In this document: one piece after another, positions 20,899 through 31,593 of the stretch
Numbering within the stretch: position 1 is the stretch's first letter
Layout of the letters: each line of letters opens with the position of its first letter
Assembly (NCBI GenBank): GCA_045536565.1
Contig: JAZSNU010000002.1
Coordinates: forward strand, 1-61,796
Reading direction: 5' to 3'
DNA from: Clostridia bacterium
Lineage (GTDB): Bacteria > Bacillota > Clostridia > TANB77 > CAG-465
Length of the DNA: 61,796 nt
The notes under the pieces: model-generated
Seen by the model: the letters and a program-made list of their open reading frames with translations, nothing else
Databases searched by the model: none
Told to the model about the DNA's origin: nothing
Made by a program: the position numbers and the translations under genes

Positions 20899-21915
20899 TT
20901 ATCTTCTTCTCTTTTTTGTAGCTTTTTTAAGCACTTCAATGTTATTTAAAGCAATACCTGTTCCTCTAATTACCGCATCTAATGGATTATCTGCAATATG
21001 TACAGGTATTCCTATTATACTATTTATATATCTATCAATATTTTTTATATATGCTCCTCCACCTGATAGCATTATTCCTCTTTCCATAATATCTGCTGCA
21101 AGTTCAGGAGGTGTTCTTTCTAATGTTTCATTTATTGTTCTTAATATTTCCTCTATAACTCTTTGCATTGCTTCTTGAACTTCTGATGTACAAACTGTTA
21201 TTGTTGCAGGAAGACCTGTTGTAAGTTCTCTTCCTTTAATTTGCATTCTTTCCTCTGTCATAGAAGAATATGCTGCACCGATTGTATTTTTTAATTCTTC
21301 TGCTGCCGCTTCTCCAATTATTACATTTTTCTTGGCTTTAATATATTCAACTATATCTTTATCTATATCATCACCTGCTAAGCGAACTGATTTAGATGAT
21401 ACTATTCCTCCCAATGATATAACCGCTGCTTCCGTTGTACCTCCGCCTATGTCAACTATCATTGTTCCTTCTGGCCCATCTACTTTCAGTCCACTACCTA
21501 TTGCTGCCGCCATTGCTTCTTCCATTATATATACTTCTTTTGCCCCAGATGAATATACAACTTCTTCTACTGCCCTTTCCTCAACATCTGTTATACCTGA
21601 TGGCACACAAACAACTACTCTTGGTTTACTGAAAAATGTTCTCTCTACCACTTTTGATAAAAATCTTTCAAGCATCATTCTAGTAGCATAAAAGTTTGCA
21701 ATAACTCCACCTTTTAATGGCTTGACCGCTAAAATATTATCTGGTGTTCTTCCAAACATTTCTTTTGCATTCTCACCTACTGCTAAAACTTCACCTGTAA
21801 TATCATTAATGGCTACTACCGAAGGTTCTCTAAGAACAATACCTTTGCCTTTTACATATATCATTGTTGTAGATGTACCTAAATCTATACCTATATCTTT
21901 TGCGATTATACTCAT
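20899..21915 (-). CDS. mreB: Rod shape-determining protein MreB
   Basis: IGIDLGT, EPSVVA, DIGGGTTE. Confidence 0.97.
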   Translation of the reverse strand: MSIIAKDIGIDLGTSTTMIYVKGKGIVLREPSVVAINDITGEVLAVGENAKEMFGRTPDNILAVKPLKGGVIANFYATRMMLERFLSKVVERTFFSKPRVVVCVPSGITDVEERAVEEVVYSSGAKEVYIMEEAMAAAIGSGLKVDGPEGTMIVDIGGGTTEAAVISLGGIVSSKSVRLAGDDIDKDIVEYIKAKKNVIIGEAAAEELKNTIGAAYSSMTEERMQIKGRELTTGLPATITVCTSEVQEAMQRVIEEILRTINETLERTPPELAADIMERGIMLSGGGAYIKNIDRYINSIIGIPVHIADNPLDAVIRGTGIALNNIEVLKKATKKRRR

Positions 21916-22601
21916 ATTATTCTTCTCCCCTCATTAAAAACACTAATATCTAACTCTTTTATACTTGTATATTCATTATTTCCAATTACTATATGATCTA
22001 ATAATTCTATGTCAAACATCTTAGCGCCGCTATATATTCGCCTTGTGAAATCTATATCTTGTCTGCTAGGTTTACTATCACCGCTTGGATGATTATGAAC
22101 AACTATTATAGAAGCAGCCATTTGTTTTAAAGGCTCCTTTAACAATTCTTTTATCCCAACTACTGCTTTGTTTTGGGCACCTATTGATACAGTTACAATT
22201 GATTTAACAATATTTTTTGTGTTTAATATAATTACCTTTACTTCCTCTACTTGTTTTTCTTTCATATCCTTACTAAGTAAGCTATATACATCTTTTGGAC
22301 TTGTTATTTTATTTACTTTTTGATTTGAACTAATTGATATTCTTTTTGCAATTTCTATTACTGCTTTTATTTGTATTGCTTTAACTTGTCCTATCCCTTT
22401 GAAAGATTTAAGTTCCTCTATGGATAAGCTATCTATATATTTAAAACTTGATAGTCCACTATTATTTTCCGCAAGTAATATTTTTGCAAGTTCTAAACAA
22501 TTTTTTTCTTTTGTACCACTTTTTATTATAATGGCTAAAAGTTCTGAATCCGAAAGTGATTCTGCACCAAACATTTCTAGTTTTTCATATGGTCTATCCA
22601 T
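21912..22601 (-). CDS. radC: RadC family JAB-domain protein (true start uncertain)
   Basis: RPYEKL...LSDSELLAI, HNHPSG, LLDHIVIG. Confidence 0.92.
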   Translation of the reverse strand: MDRPYEKLEMFGAESLSDSELLAIIIKSGTKEKNCLELAKILLAENNSGLSSFKYIDSLSIEELKSFKGIGQVKAIQIKAVIEIAKRISISSNQKVNKITSPKDVYSLLSKDMKEKQVEEVKVIILNTKNIVKSIVTVSIGAQNKAVVGIKELLKEPLKQMAASIIVVHNHPSGDSKPSRQDIDFTRRIYSGAKMFDIELLDHIVIGNNEYTSIKELDISVFNEGRRII

Positions 22602-22654
22602 ATATGGTGCGTCTTTTATTTTTAAATTATATATGGTCTCATTTTTCTTTTTAT

Positions 22655-22903
22655 CTATTTTACTGCCTTCTTAATTACGAATAACGCTATTACAAAGCCT
22701 AATATTCCTGCGAGATTTAATTTACACATAAACCCTAATGTTAAACTTATAAAGCCTAAATCTAATGTTACAGGATTTGTTAAACCTATATCTTTACCAA
22801 ACGCTAAGAATTTTAGCCATGGTACTTCAAGCGCTAATTCTCCTAAATAAATACCTAAAACTATCCCCATAAAAACTATCATTACTTTAAAAAAACTCTT
22901 CAT
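22655..22903 (-). CDS. DUF4321-like small membrane protein
   Basis: 82 aa, PVTLDLGFI...LNLAGILG, typical position upstream of radC. Confidence 0.75.
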   Translation of the reverse strand: MKSFFKVMIVFMGIVLGIYLGELALEVPWLKFLAFGKDIGLTNPVTLDLGFISLTLGFMCKLNLAGILGFVIALFVIKKAVK

Positions 22904-23082
22904 ATGTTCCTCCTATAATATACATGTAGATTATATATTGAAAGAGTAAATATTTCAAGTATATTACAGAAATATTTCATAAATACAATCACCTTTTTTA
23001 TGCCCACCTAATTAAGGTAACATTTTTATTGCCTTTTGTCAGATTTTATAATATAATTATACAAAACTTGGGAGGAATAAAA

Positions 23083-23628
23083 ATGAGTAAAATAGATAAA
23101 CTAGAAAAAATAAAAGAAAAACAAAAAGAGCAATTAGAAAAATTAGAAAATCGTAAAGAAGTAAAAAAAGTAAAAAGTGTTATGTCTGATTTTAAAAAAT
23201 TCGCAATGAAAGGTAACATTGTTGATATGGCAACTGGTGTTATCATAGGTACTGCATTTACAAAAATAGTTAACTCGCTAGTTAGCGAAATTATAACACC
23301 ACTACTTAGCAAATTAACAGGAAGAGTTAATTATACAGATATGTTCCTTGTACTTGGAAGAGGGAGTTTTAATACACTAGAAGAAGCAAAAGCAGCAGGC
23401 GCAATAACATTAAACTACGGTGTATTCATGTCAAATGTTATAGACTTTTTAATAATAGCATTTACTATGTTTATATTCTTGCGTTATACATTTAATAAAC
23501 GATCAAAAGAAGAACCTCAGCCAAAAGCACCAGCATCTAAAAAGTGTCCTTTCTGTATAACAGATATTGATATAAAAGCGAGCAGATGTCCTCATTGTAC
23601 TAGCATCTTAGAAGAAAACGAAGTTTAA
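23083..23628 (+). CDS. mscL: Large-conductance mechanosensitive channel with C-terminal CxxC-CxxC
   Basis: FKKFAMKGNIVDMATGVIIG; GGAGG SD before ATG 23083. Confidence 0.93.
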   Translation: MSKIDKLEKIKEKQKEQLEKLENRKEVKKVKSVMSDFKKFAMKGNIVDMATGVIIGTAFTKIVNSLVSEIITPLLSKLTGRVNYTDMFLVLGRGSFNTLEEAKAAGAITLNYGVFMSNVIDFLIIAFTMFIFLRYTFNKRSKEEPQPKAPASKKCPFCITDIDIKASRCPHCTSILEENEV

Positions 23629-23675
23629 AATTCAAACACACATACTATTAAAGGTATGTGTGTTTTTACATATTC

Positions 23676-23921
23676 TTATTTTATTTTTTCTATTTCCTCT
23701 CTTGTAAAACCAGTATATTTCATTATCTGATTAATTTTAACATTATCTAATAACATGTTTTTTACAATTTCTAATTTTCCTTCTTTAACACCTAACTGCC
23801 TACTTGCCATTTCATCTCTAATCGCTCTTTGCCTTAACTCTGCTAGTCTCTTTATTTCTTCATCTCCTGTTAGATATTCAAATTCTTTTTCTGCTTTTCT
23901 CATTATTTTATCTTTTTTCAT
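23676..23921 (-). CDS. Putative internally initiated small Rpn protein (RpnS-like antitoxin, 81 aa)
   Basis: In-frame AAGGAG (23931-23936) 9 nt before ATG 23921. Confidence 0.55.
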   Translation of the reverse strand: MKKDKIMRKAEKEFEYLTGDEEIKRLAELRQRAIRDEMASRQLGVKEGKLEIVKNMLLDNVKINQIMKYTGFTREEIEKIK

Positions 23922-24485
23922 TTTGGACAACTCCTTTTTATCCTGATTTAGGAATGCTATCCAGAATTTCAACTTTCTTTGATCCTCTTCTTTAAATAAT
24001 CCTAGTTTTGTTAAATCTACAAAATAATATTTTTGAAGGTCGGTTAATTGATGCTCTTTGTGATTTTCCAAACATATATATGAACCTGATATTACCTCGT
24101 TATATTTAAACAAGCTATAATTCATTAAGAAAATCACCACTTTTGGTTTCATATCTTTATAGTTTTCATTTGGTTTTAGTCCTTCGGAAGTAAGTAAACT
24201 CATATAATAAACTGCCCTGGGTATAGTATTCTTTCTATCAATAAGTTGAATTTCTATATCAAGTTCTTTATCATTTTCTAATATAACCTTAACATCTAAT
24301 GTACTATATTTTTCCTCCGGTCTTTTTGCACCTATTCTTGCCTCTTTTATTATTTCTTTACATACCACTTTTTCATTTATTATACTTTCGATTAAACTTT
24401 CAAGTAAATCTTCATTTCCCTTTTTACAAAATAAAGCTTTAAATATTATATCATTTTTAGGATTTAACTTTTTATCATCTAGCAA
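23676..24485 (-). CDS. Rpn family PD-(D/E)XK nuclease (start probably TTG 24485)
   Basis: PKNDIIFKALF, LDVKV...DIEIQ, RAVYY; AAAGGAGG SD at 24493-24500. Confidence 0.85.
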   Translation of the reverse strand: MLDDKKLNPKNDIIFKALFCKKGNEDLLESLIESIINEKVVCKEIIKEARIGAKRPEEKYSTLDVKVILENDKELDIEIQLIDRKNTIPRAVYYMSLLTSEGLKPNENYKDMKPKVVIFLMNYSLFKYNEVISGSYICLENHKEHQLTDLQKYYFVDLTKLGLFKEEDQRKLKFWIAFLNQDKKELSKMKKDKIMRKAEKEFEYLTGDEEIKRLAELRQRAIRDEMASRQLGVKEGKLEIVKNMLLDNVKINQIMKYTGFTREEIEKIK

Positions 24486-24680
24486 TATCATTCCTCCTTT
24501 TATTTTAACACTTTTAGAATATATATTCAAGCTACGGGTTGTAATTTTAGAACATTTAAAATCTTTATAGAAAAAAACTTTTAAATAAACTTTTATAAAT
24601 TTTATTGATATCAACGAATTTATTATATTTACACACATACAAAAAATCAATACTTTTATATTTAATCTACTAAATAAGAC

Positions 24681-24720
24681 AAAATAAGACTAATTGTCTA
24701 CTCACAATTAGTCTTATTTT
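24681..24720 (-). terminator. Intrinsic terminator after sbp
   Basis: AAAATAAGACTAATTGT-ctactc-ACAATTAGTCTTATTTT. Confidence 0.85.
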
Positions 24721-24727
24721 GCATTTT

Positions 24728-25141
24728 TTACTCACTTACATTTTCGGTAACTAGTTCTTTATCTTTGTTCTTCTTTTCTTTTCTGTTTTGAACTTTTTCG
24801 GTTATTTTATCTATTGCATATCTTCTCATTATAGAGAAATTACTAAATAATCTAGTACTAAATACAATTACTGCTGCTAGATATATATCAACATCTAGTT
24901 TTTCACCTAAGAATACCAATGCTATTGCAATTAAAGCATTTCCAAAAAAGCCAGTTAAAAATATTGTTAAACTAAACTTTCTTTGAGTATTAGATACAAT
25001 AGCACCAAATACTGTATCAATAAATGCTAATATAGCAACCGCAACATATTTGGAAATTGCATATGGCACTATTATATTCATTCCAGCAACTATTCCTAAA
25101 ATAGCACAAACAACAACTATTATTATTCCTACCATATTCAT
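24728..25141 (-). CDS. sbp: Small basic protein family (DUF1290)
   Basis: YVAVAILAFIDTVFG, FLTGFFGN, RLFSN. Confidence 0.85.
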   Translation of the reverse strand: MNMVGIIIVVVCAILGIVAGMNIIVPYAISKYVAVAILAFIDTVFGAIVSNTQRKFSLTIFLTGFFGNALIAIALVFLGEKLDVDIYLAAVIVFSTRLFSNFSIMRRYAIDKITEKVQNRKEKKNKDKELVTENVSE

Positions 25142-25147
25142 TTCCTC

Positions 25148-25990
25148 CTATTCTTCAACTACTGTGGCTTTTGATAAATTTAATTTACCATCATATTTTG
25201 TAATAGTTATACTTTTTTCAGTTGTGATGTTAATTTTAATTCCATATACTTCAAAACTATCTACTAATCCACCCTTTATATTTAATGCACTTTCTAAATA
25301 CTTAGCATTTCCAATTGCTTTTATTGAAAACGGTGCTGCTACCTTTACACCATTTACTTGTATAACTGGTCCTACACATCTTATTGGTGTGTTAGATAAT
25401 ATCCTTTGTCCATTTATAGATATAGCCTCTGCCCCTGCTGCATTAAGTTCATTAACTATTGCTCTTAAATCTGTATCATGAATAAGCATTGATTCAGTTG
25501 ATATATTATCTGAAATTGCCATATCACTATCATCTACTGTTACAACAATACCTTCACCTTTAACAGTTTTCATCCCAGAAAGTGCTGCCATTTGATTTAA
25601 TTGTTCTGTTAATGAATTTATAAGAGTACTGTTATTTGAAGCACTTGTTTTATATTCTTCAACAATTTCTAGATTTTTATCATTTTCTATTTTTAATTCT
25701 TCGTACTCCGTTTTTAATGCTGTAAGGTCATCAATAAGTTCTGCTTCCCTCTTTCCTTGAATTGTTTCATCTGATCTGTTTACAGTATTTAGTTGCGCCA
25801 TAAAGATAAATGAAAGAGCAAAAACTGCTAGTCCAATAAGTGTATATTGCCAAACTGCATTTTTCTTTATGAAATCATTTATTTTCTTTACATTATTTGT
25901 TTCCGCTTTTTTAGACATTTTTTTAACTATATCTTTACTTTTATTTACTTTTTTATCACTTAATTTTGTTTCTTTTATCACAATTCTCAC
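25148..25990 (-). CDS. DUF881 family division-cluster protein
   Basis: VKGEGIVVTVDD, HDTDLRAIVNELNAAGAEAISINGQR. Confidence 0.92.
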   Translation of the reverse strand: MRIVIKETKLSDKKVNKSKDIVKKMSKKAETNNVKKINDFIKKNAVWQYTLIGLAVFALSFIFMAQLNTVNRSDETIQGKREAELIDDLTALKTEYEELKIENDKNLEIVEEYKTSASNNSTLINSLTEQLNQMAALSGMKTVKGEGIVVTVDDSDMAISDNISTESMLIHDTDLRAIVNELNAAGAEAISINGQRILSNTPIRCVGPVIQVNGVKVAAPFSIKAIGNAKYLESALNIKGGLVDSFEVYGIKINITTEKSITITKYDGKLNLSKATVVEE

Positions 25991-25997
25991 TCCTTTA

Positions 25998-26825
25998 TTA
26001 TCCTATTTTTTCTACAAAAGTTGGATTATCCAATGTTAAATCTATTCTTCCGCCTCTTCCCGCTACTTCTTTTAATATTTCTTTTAGAAAACTCATTTTA
26101 TACTCTAAATTTTCTGAAACTTCTGTAACTACTTCTGTTTTGTAATCAAGTGTTAATATTATTTTTGAATTTTGAAATTTAACACTTGTTACCTTCATAT
26201 CTATTTTTGCATTTAAATATTCTTGATATATTGTTTCAAATCTTTGTATTTTTGTATATTCAGTTTCCGGTATACTCTTTCCAAGTTTTTCGTCCTTATC
26301 TAAACTAAGACCAAAAAGTGGCATTTCCTCTGGAAGAATATTCTCTGCACTAACCTTTTCTAACATTATACCATATTTGTCCACTCTTACATATTCATTA
26401 GTATCTTTATTATTTACAACATACTTTGCAGTTCTTTCTTTAACTACAATTCTTAATGTTCCTTCTTTACCAATTTTTATTTTTATATCTTCAATATATG
26501 GTAATTCTTCCAAAACTTTATTCTTTATTTTCCTTCTTCTTACAAAAAGCATGTTACTGTCTTTTGGAATACTCACCGTTTCTACTACTTGCTGTTCTGA
26601 ATAATAATTCGTTTTTTCAACTTTAATACTCTTCATTTTTAAACTATCTGATGTAAAAATATAATATACCCCAAATCCTATTGCAGTTAATATCCCAAGT
26701 ATTATTATCCAAAATAGTAGTAATGCCAAAAATTTCTTTACCTTATTTTTCTTTTTCTTCTTTTTTATATTCTTACCTTTTGCAGATACTTTTACATCAC
26801 TTTTTCCTACATTTCGTCTTGCCAT
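25998..26825 (-). CDS. ftsQ: Cell division protein FtsQ/DivIB
   Basis: Basic N-terminus, TM, POTRA (LPYIE...IVVKER), downstream of murG. Confidence 0.85.
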   Translation of the reverse strand: MARRNVGKSDVKVSAKGKNIKKKKKKNKVKKFLALLLFWIIILGILTAIGFGVYYIFTSDSLKMKSIKVEKTNYYSEQQVVETVSIPKDSNMLFVRRRKIKNKVLEELPYIEDIKIKIGKEGTLRIVVKERTAKYVVNNKDTNEYVRVDKYGIMLEKVSAENILPEEMPLFGLSLDKDEKLGKSIPETEYTKIQRFETIYQEYLNAKIDMKVTSVKFQNSKIILTLDYKTEVVTEVSENLEYKMSFLKEILKEVAGRGGRIDLTLDNPTFVEKIG

Positions 26826-26829
26826 ATAA

Positions 26830-27948
26830 TCACCTTTTTAACACTTTTTGTATTTCGTTATATATAACTTGTTCTACATCATTTTTTTGAAGGCTTCTTG
26901 AAATGTCTGACATTATTTTCAGTTTATCATCTGAACCAATAATATTTTCTATTTCTGTATATAGCGATTCATTTGTAAGGTTTGATTCAATTATTATCTT
27001 ACCTGCACCTGCGTCTTCAAGTACCTTCGCGTTATAATATTGATGATTTTCTGCTGCATAAGGAAATGGCACAAGTATTGCTGGTTTTGATGCAAGGGCT
27101 ATTTCAGTTATAGTCATAGCACCTGCTCTTGTAATTAATAAATCAGCTGCTTTATACATTTTATCCATATCAAATACAAATCTTTCCAACTTGATATATT
27201 TATCTGCATCCTTTACTTGTTCTAATTTTTTATTTACCTCATCATAATTTTTCATACCTGTTGCAAGTACTACAAAAAATTTATTACTTTTCTTTTGAAG
27301 AACCAAATCTACTATTACATCGTTAAATTTTTTGGCACCTTGGCTTCCACCTGTTACAAAAATTATTTTCCTATTGTTTACAACATCCTTTAATCCTAAT
27401 TCTTCAATACATTTTTCTTTATCTAAACTATCTATTTTGTTTGCATCAAATTTGGCAGGCGAACCTGTAAACACAACATTTTTTCTGTTTTTAAGCCTTA
27501 CTTTTGTATCTTCAAATCCAACTAGAACCCTTGAAGCGCTCTTTGCAAACATTTTTACAGCAAGTCCTGGAAATGCATTACTCTCATGTAGTATATATGG
27601 TATTTTTTTGCTTTTTGCTGCCATCATAACAGCACCGCATATATATCCCCCTGTACCTATAACAATATCTGGTTTAAATTCATCAATTATTTTTTTAGCA
27701 TCACTAATTCCAAGAGCAGTATTAATTACTGATTTGAAATTTTTTAGTGTAATTTTTCTATATAACTTGCCTGTTCTTATATGAGCAATATCAAATCCTG
27801 CTTTATTTACTAATTCATTTTCGATACCATTCTCTGTTCCTATAAATAAAAACTTGTTATCTTGCTCTTTTTCTTTTATCATATTTGCAATAGCTATACC
27901 AGGATTTATATGTCCACCTGTACCAGCACACGCTATTATAACTCTCAT
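26830..27948 (-). CDS. murG: Undecaprenyl-PP-MurNAc-pentapeptide N-acetylglucosaminyltransferase
   Basis: GTGGHINP, GTGGY, HESN, GGSQGA, HQYYNA. Confidence 0.97.
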   Translation of the reverse strand: MRVIIACAGTGGHINPGIAIANMIKEKEQDNKFLFIGTENGIENELVNKAGFDIAHIRTGKLYRKITLKNFKSVINTALGISDAKKIIDEFKPDIVIGTGGYICGAVMMAAKSKKIPYILHESNAFPGLAVKMFAKSASRVLVGFEDTKVRLKNRKNVVFTGSPAKFDANKIDSLDKEKCIEELGLKDVVNNRKIIFVTGGSQGAKKFNDVIVDLVLQKKSNKFFVVLATGMKNYDEVNKKLEQVKDADKYIKLERFVFDMDKMYKAADLLITRAGAMTITEIALASKPAILVPFPYAAENHQYYNAKVLEDAGAGKIIIESNLTNESLYTEIENIIGSDDKLKIMSDISRSLQKNDVEQVIYNEIQKVLKR

Positions 27949-27987
27949 TAACTACACCTCCATATAGAAGTATTAATATTATACATT

Positions 27988-29118
27988 TTATTTTGTTGTA
28001 TGTCTAGATATATTAAGCAATATTCCTACTGCTGCTAGGTTTATAACTAGCGAAGTTCCACCATAACTAAAAAATGGTAAAGGCATGCCTGTAACTGGCA
28101 TACTCTTAGTTACAACCGCTATATTTACAACTATCTGAAAAGCAAACATTGCAGTTATACCTGTTGCTATTAACATTCCTAATAAATCATTACATTTTAA
28201 TGCTGTTCTAACGCCACGAATTATGAAATATCCAAATATTCCAATTATAACAGTAGAACCAATAAAACCAAGTTCTTCTGCTGCAACAGCAAATATAAAG
28301 TCGTATTGTGCTTCTGGAAGCCATAAATATTTCTGTCTACTTTGGCCAAGACCTCTTCCAAATAATCCGCCTGAACCTACCGCATATAAACTTTGTGATG
28401 CTTGCCAATTTGAGCCAGTTATATCATCTTCTGGATTTAAAAATGAAGTTATTCTATCCATTCTAAAACCCTTACCAAATATAAAAGCACAACTAATTAT
28501 ACCTATAAATAGCACTAATAGTACAATATATTTTGTTTCTAATTTCATGCCACTTGCAAGGAATATAACAGCGGTAATTACTCCCATTATTACCATTCCA
28601 CTCATGTGATTTTGTAAATACATTACAAAACATACAATAAGCATAAACACTAATGGTTTTAAATATACTAACATGCTTGTCATCTTTTTATAGTTGTTTA
28701 CTATATATGTTGATAAAACAATAGCAAGTGCTACTTTCATAAGTTCTGATGGCTGAAATGTAGTAACCTTTAAATCTATCCATCTTCTTGCTCCATTTAT
28801 TTCTGTACCTATTCCTGGTACTAAAACTAATATCATCATAAGTAAAACTGCTATATATATAACATATGCAAATTTTGAATATACTCTATAATTTATCTTA
28901 GATATAGCAAGCATAACTATTACACCAATTATTGCAAATGCAAGTTGCCTTACTAAAAAGTGATTTGAATCATTAAATTCTGTAAGTGCATAATACGAAC
29001 TTGCTGAGGCTACCATAACAAGCCCCATACATAATAGTATTATAACAGAAAAGAATAACTTAAAATCAAAACTTTTATCACTACCAATACTTGCTACATC
29101 ATTTACTTTTTTACCCAT
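27988..29118 (-). CDS. ftsW: SEDS family protein FtsW/SpoVE
   Basis: GARRW, QPSE, LPEAQYDFIF, SYGGTS. Confidence 0.92.
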   Translation of the reverse strand: MGKKVNDVASIGSDKSFDFKLFFSVIILLCMGLVMVASASSYYALTEFNDSNHFLVRQLAFAIIGVIVMLAISKINYRVYSKFAYVIYIAVLLMMILVLVPGIGTEINGARRWIDLKVTTFQPSELMKVALAIVLSTYIVNNYKKMTSMLVYLKPLVFMLIVCFVMYLQNHMSGMVIMGVITAVIFLASGMKLETKYIVLLVLFIGIISCAFIFGKGFRMDRITSFLNPEDDITGSNWQASQSLYAVGSGGLFGRGLGQSRQKYLWLPEAQYDFIFAVAAEELGFIGSTVIIGIFGYFIIRGVRTALKCNDLLGMLIATGITAMFAFQIVVNIAVVTKSMPVTGMPLPFFSYGGTSLVINLAAVGILLNISRHTTK

Positions 29119-29138
29119 GCCTATTTAAACTCCTTTTA

Positions 29139-30092
29139 CTATATAACATAAGCTAAAACACATAATACAGTTGTAATTATCCAAAATAAAGAAACAACTC
29201 TTGTTTCTTTTAATCCTGAAAGTTCTAAATGGTGATGTAAAGGTGCCATTTTGAACAATCTTTTTCCATGAGTTAATTTAAAATATATTACTTGTAGAGC
29301 AACTGATATTGTTTCAACAACTGGAACAAGTGCAACAACTGCAAGGTATATAGGCATTTTCATAAGAAGCGCCATAGCAGCAACTGCACCACCAAGTGCT
29401 AGTGATCCAGTATCACCTAAAAACATCTTTGCTGGATGCATATTAAATATTAAAAATGCTAAACTAGATCCCATAATTGTACTACCAAATACAGCCATTT
29501 CTGTGTCATTGTTTTTTATAGCAACTGCTGTAAAAAATGCAATTATTATAGTTACTACACCTGTTGCAAGGCCATCTAATCCATCAGTTAGATTTATAGC
29601 GTTACTTGTTCCAAGTAGTATAAATAATGTAAATATAACAAATATACCTACTGGCATTATTACATCTTTATGAATGAAAGGTATAATTGTATCCATACCA
29701 TAATCAAATACAAATATATATAATAATATAAATATTGCAGATATTACAAACAAAAATATCATTTTTTTAAGCGGTGATAATCCTTCTGTATTTGCATATC
29801 TTAGTTTTTTATAATCATCTATAAACCCTACTATACCAAACCCTATAAAAGGCACTATTGCCATTACAAGCTTAGGATATTTAATAGCGACTATTGAAAG
29901 CACTACAAGAGATGCAATAAGTATTACTATTCCACCCATTGTAGGCGTACCTGCTTTTTTAAGGTGTGATTTTGGTCCATCTTCTCTTACTACCTGACCT
30001 ATCTTTAATTTTTTCAAATATGGTAATACTATTAAACTAAGTAAAATACCAAGTATATATGCTCCTAAAAATATTAGCATTTGTAATTTCAT
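29139..30092 (-). CDS. mraY: Phospho-N-acetylmuramoyl-pentapeptide transferase
   Basis: KAGTPTMGG, NLTDGLDGL, GDTGS, MAPLHHH. Confidence 0.97.
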   Translation of the reverse strand: MKLQMLIFLGAYILGILLSLIVLPYLKKLKIGQVVREDGPKSHLKKAGTPTMGGIVILIASLVVLSIVAIKYPKLVMAIVPFIGFGIVGFIDDYKKLRYANTEGLSPLKKMIFLFVISAIFILLYIFVFDYGMDTIIPFIHKDVIMPVGIFVIFTLFILLGTSNAINLTDGLDGLATGVVTIIIAFFTAVAIKNNDTEMAVFGSTIMGSSLAFLIFNMHPAKMFLGDTGSLALGGAVAAMALLMKMPIYLAVVALVPVVETISVALQVIYFKLTHGKRLFKMAPLHHHLELSGLKETRVVSLFWIITTVLCVLAYVI

Positions 30093-30117
30093 TTAAAATT
30101 CAACTCCCATTATATTA

Positions 30118-31593
30118 TTAAAATGTTTCTATATCTTTTCCTTTGATATCTTTTGCTATTTCTTTTACTATTTCTCTTTCATCAAATTTAATCTTTTTAT
30201 TTCCTTTAAGTAATTGATAAGTTTCATGCCCCTTACCTGCTATTATTATAGTATCGTTTTTCCAAGCAATTCTCATAGCAAATTTTATAGCTTCTTTTCT
30301 ATTTTCGATAACTTTGTATAATCCTTTTGTATTTTTAATACCATTTTCTATATCCTTCATAATATTTTTTGGATTTTCTTCTCTTGGATTATCAGTAGTT
30401 ATAACTGTAAAGTCTGCATACTTTCCAGCAATTTCTCCCATAAGAGGTCTTTTTTCAGCATCTCTATTTCCACCACAACCAAATACACAAATTATTCTTC
30501 CTTTTGAATATTTTTTTGTATTTAGAAGTATAGCCTCTAAACTAGCAGGTGAATGCGCATAATCTAAAATTACTGCAAATGTTTTTCCAATATCAACTAC
30601 TTCACTTCTACCCGGCACTCTTATTTCATTTAAAGCACTAAGTATAGCATCCATTTGTGCACCCAACATACTAGTTACTGCTATTGCCGCAAGTGAGTTA
30701 TATACAGTATATCTACCTGGTATATTTACTGTAACTGTTTGAAGCATTTTATTTATATACATTTTAAAATCTACATAATTGTTATTTATTCTTACATCTA
30801 CACATGTAACATTTGCTTCATTATCTAAACCATATTTGGCTATTTTGCATTTTATTAATTTTTCTAATTTTGGAGTATATATATCATCTGCATTTATAAT
30901 AGCAAAATCAGAATTTTCAAATAGTTTTGCTTTGGCAGTTAGATAATTATCCATTGTTTTATGATAATCTAAATGATCTTGTGATAAATTTGTAAATACG
31001 CCAATCATAAAATGAATACCATATACCCTATTTAAATCTAAGGCATGCGATGATACTTCCATAACCACATATTCCATATCTGCATCTACCATATCTTTTA
31101 ATAGTTTTTGTAAATCCAAAGATTCAGGCGAAGTTCTTATTGCTTCTATTTTTTTATTTCCATATGTGTTATATATAGTGCCTATCATACCTGTTTTTTT
31201 ACCTGATGCAAGTAATATATCTCTTATCATATATGCAGTTGTTGTTTTCCCTTTTGTACCTGTTATTCCTATTATTTTTAGTTTACTTGCTGGATTGTCA
31301 TAATATGTACTTGCAACCTTTGCAAGTGCTATTCTTGTATCCTCCACTTTTATAAATGTAACATTTTCTATATTAGTTTCCGTATAGCCTTTTTCTACTA
31401 TAACTGCAACTGCACCATTTTGCACAGCCTCAGTTATATATTCGTGACCATCTTGTTCTAATCCTTTAATGGCTACAAACAAATCACCATTTTCAACTTT
31501 CTTTGAATCATATTCTATTTTATTTATAGCTACATTTAAATTACCTATTACTTCTTTACCCTCTAAATTTTCTATTAAATATTGTAATAACAT
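30118..31593 (-). CDS. murE: UDP-MurNAc-L-Ala-D-Glu--meso-DAP ligase
   Basis: GTKGKTT, EVSSH, DHLDYH, DNPR (DAP specificity), GKGHE. Confidence 0.97.
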   Translation of the reverse strand: MLLQYLIENLEGKEVIGNLNVAINKIEYDSKKVENGDLFVAIKGLEQDGHEYITEAVQNGAVAVIVEKGYTETNIENVTFIKVEDTRIALAKVASTYYDNPASKLKIIGITGTKGKTTTAYMIRDILLASGKKTGMIGTIYNTYGNKKIEAIRTSPESLDLQKLLKDMVDADMEYVVMEVSSHALDLNRVYGIHFMIGVFTNLSQDHLDYHKTMDNYLTAKAKLFENSDFAIINADDIYTPKLEKLIKCKIAKYGLDNEANVTCVDVRINNNYVDFKMYINKMLQTVTVNIPGRYTVYNSLAAIAVTSMLGAQMDAILSALNEIRVPGRSEVVDIGKTFAVILDYAHSPASLEAILLNTKKYSKGRIICVFGCGGNRDAEKRPLMGEIAGKYADFTVITTDNPREENPKNIMKDIENGIKNTKGLYKVIENRKEAIKFAMRIAWKNDTIIIAGKGHETYQLLKGNKKIKFDEREIVKEIAKDIKGKDIETF

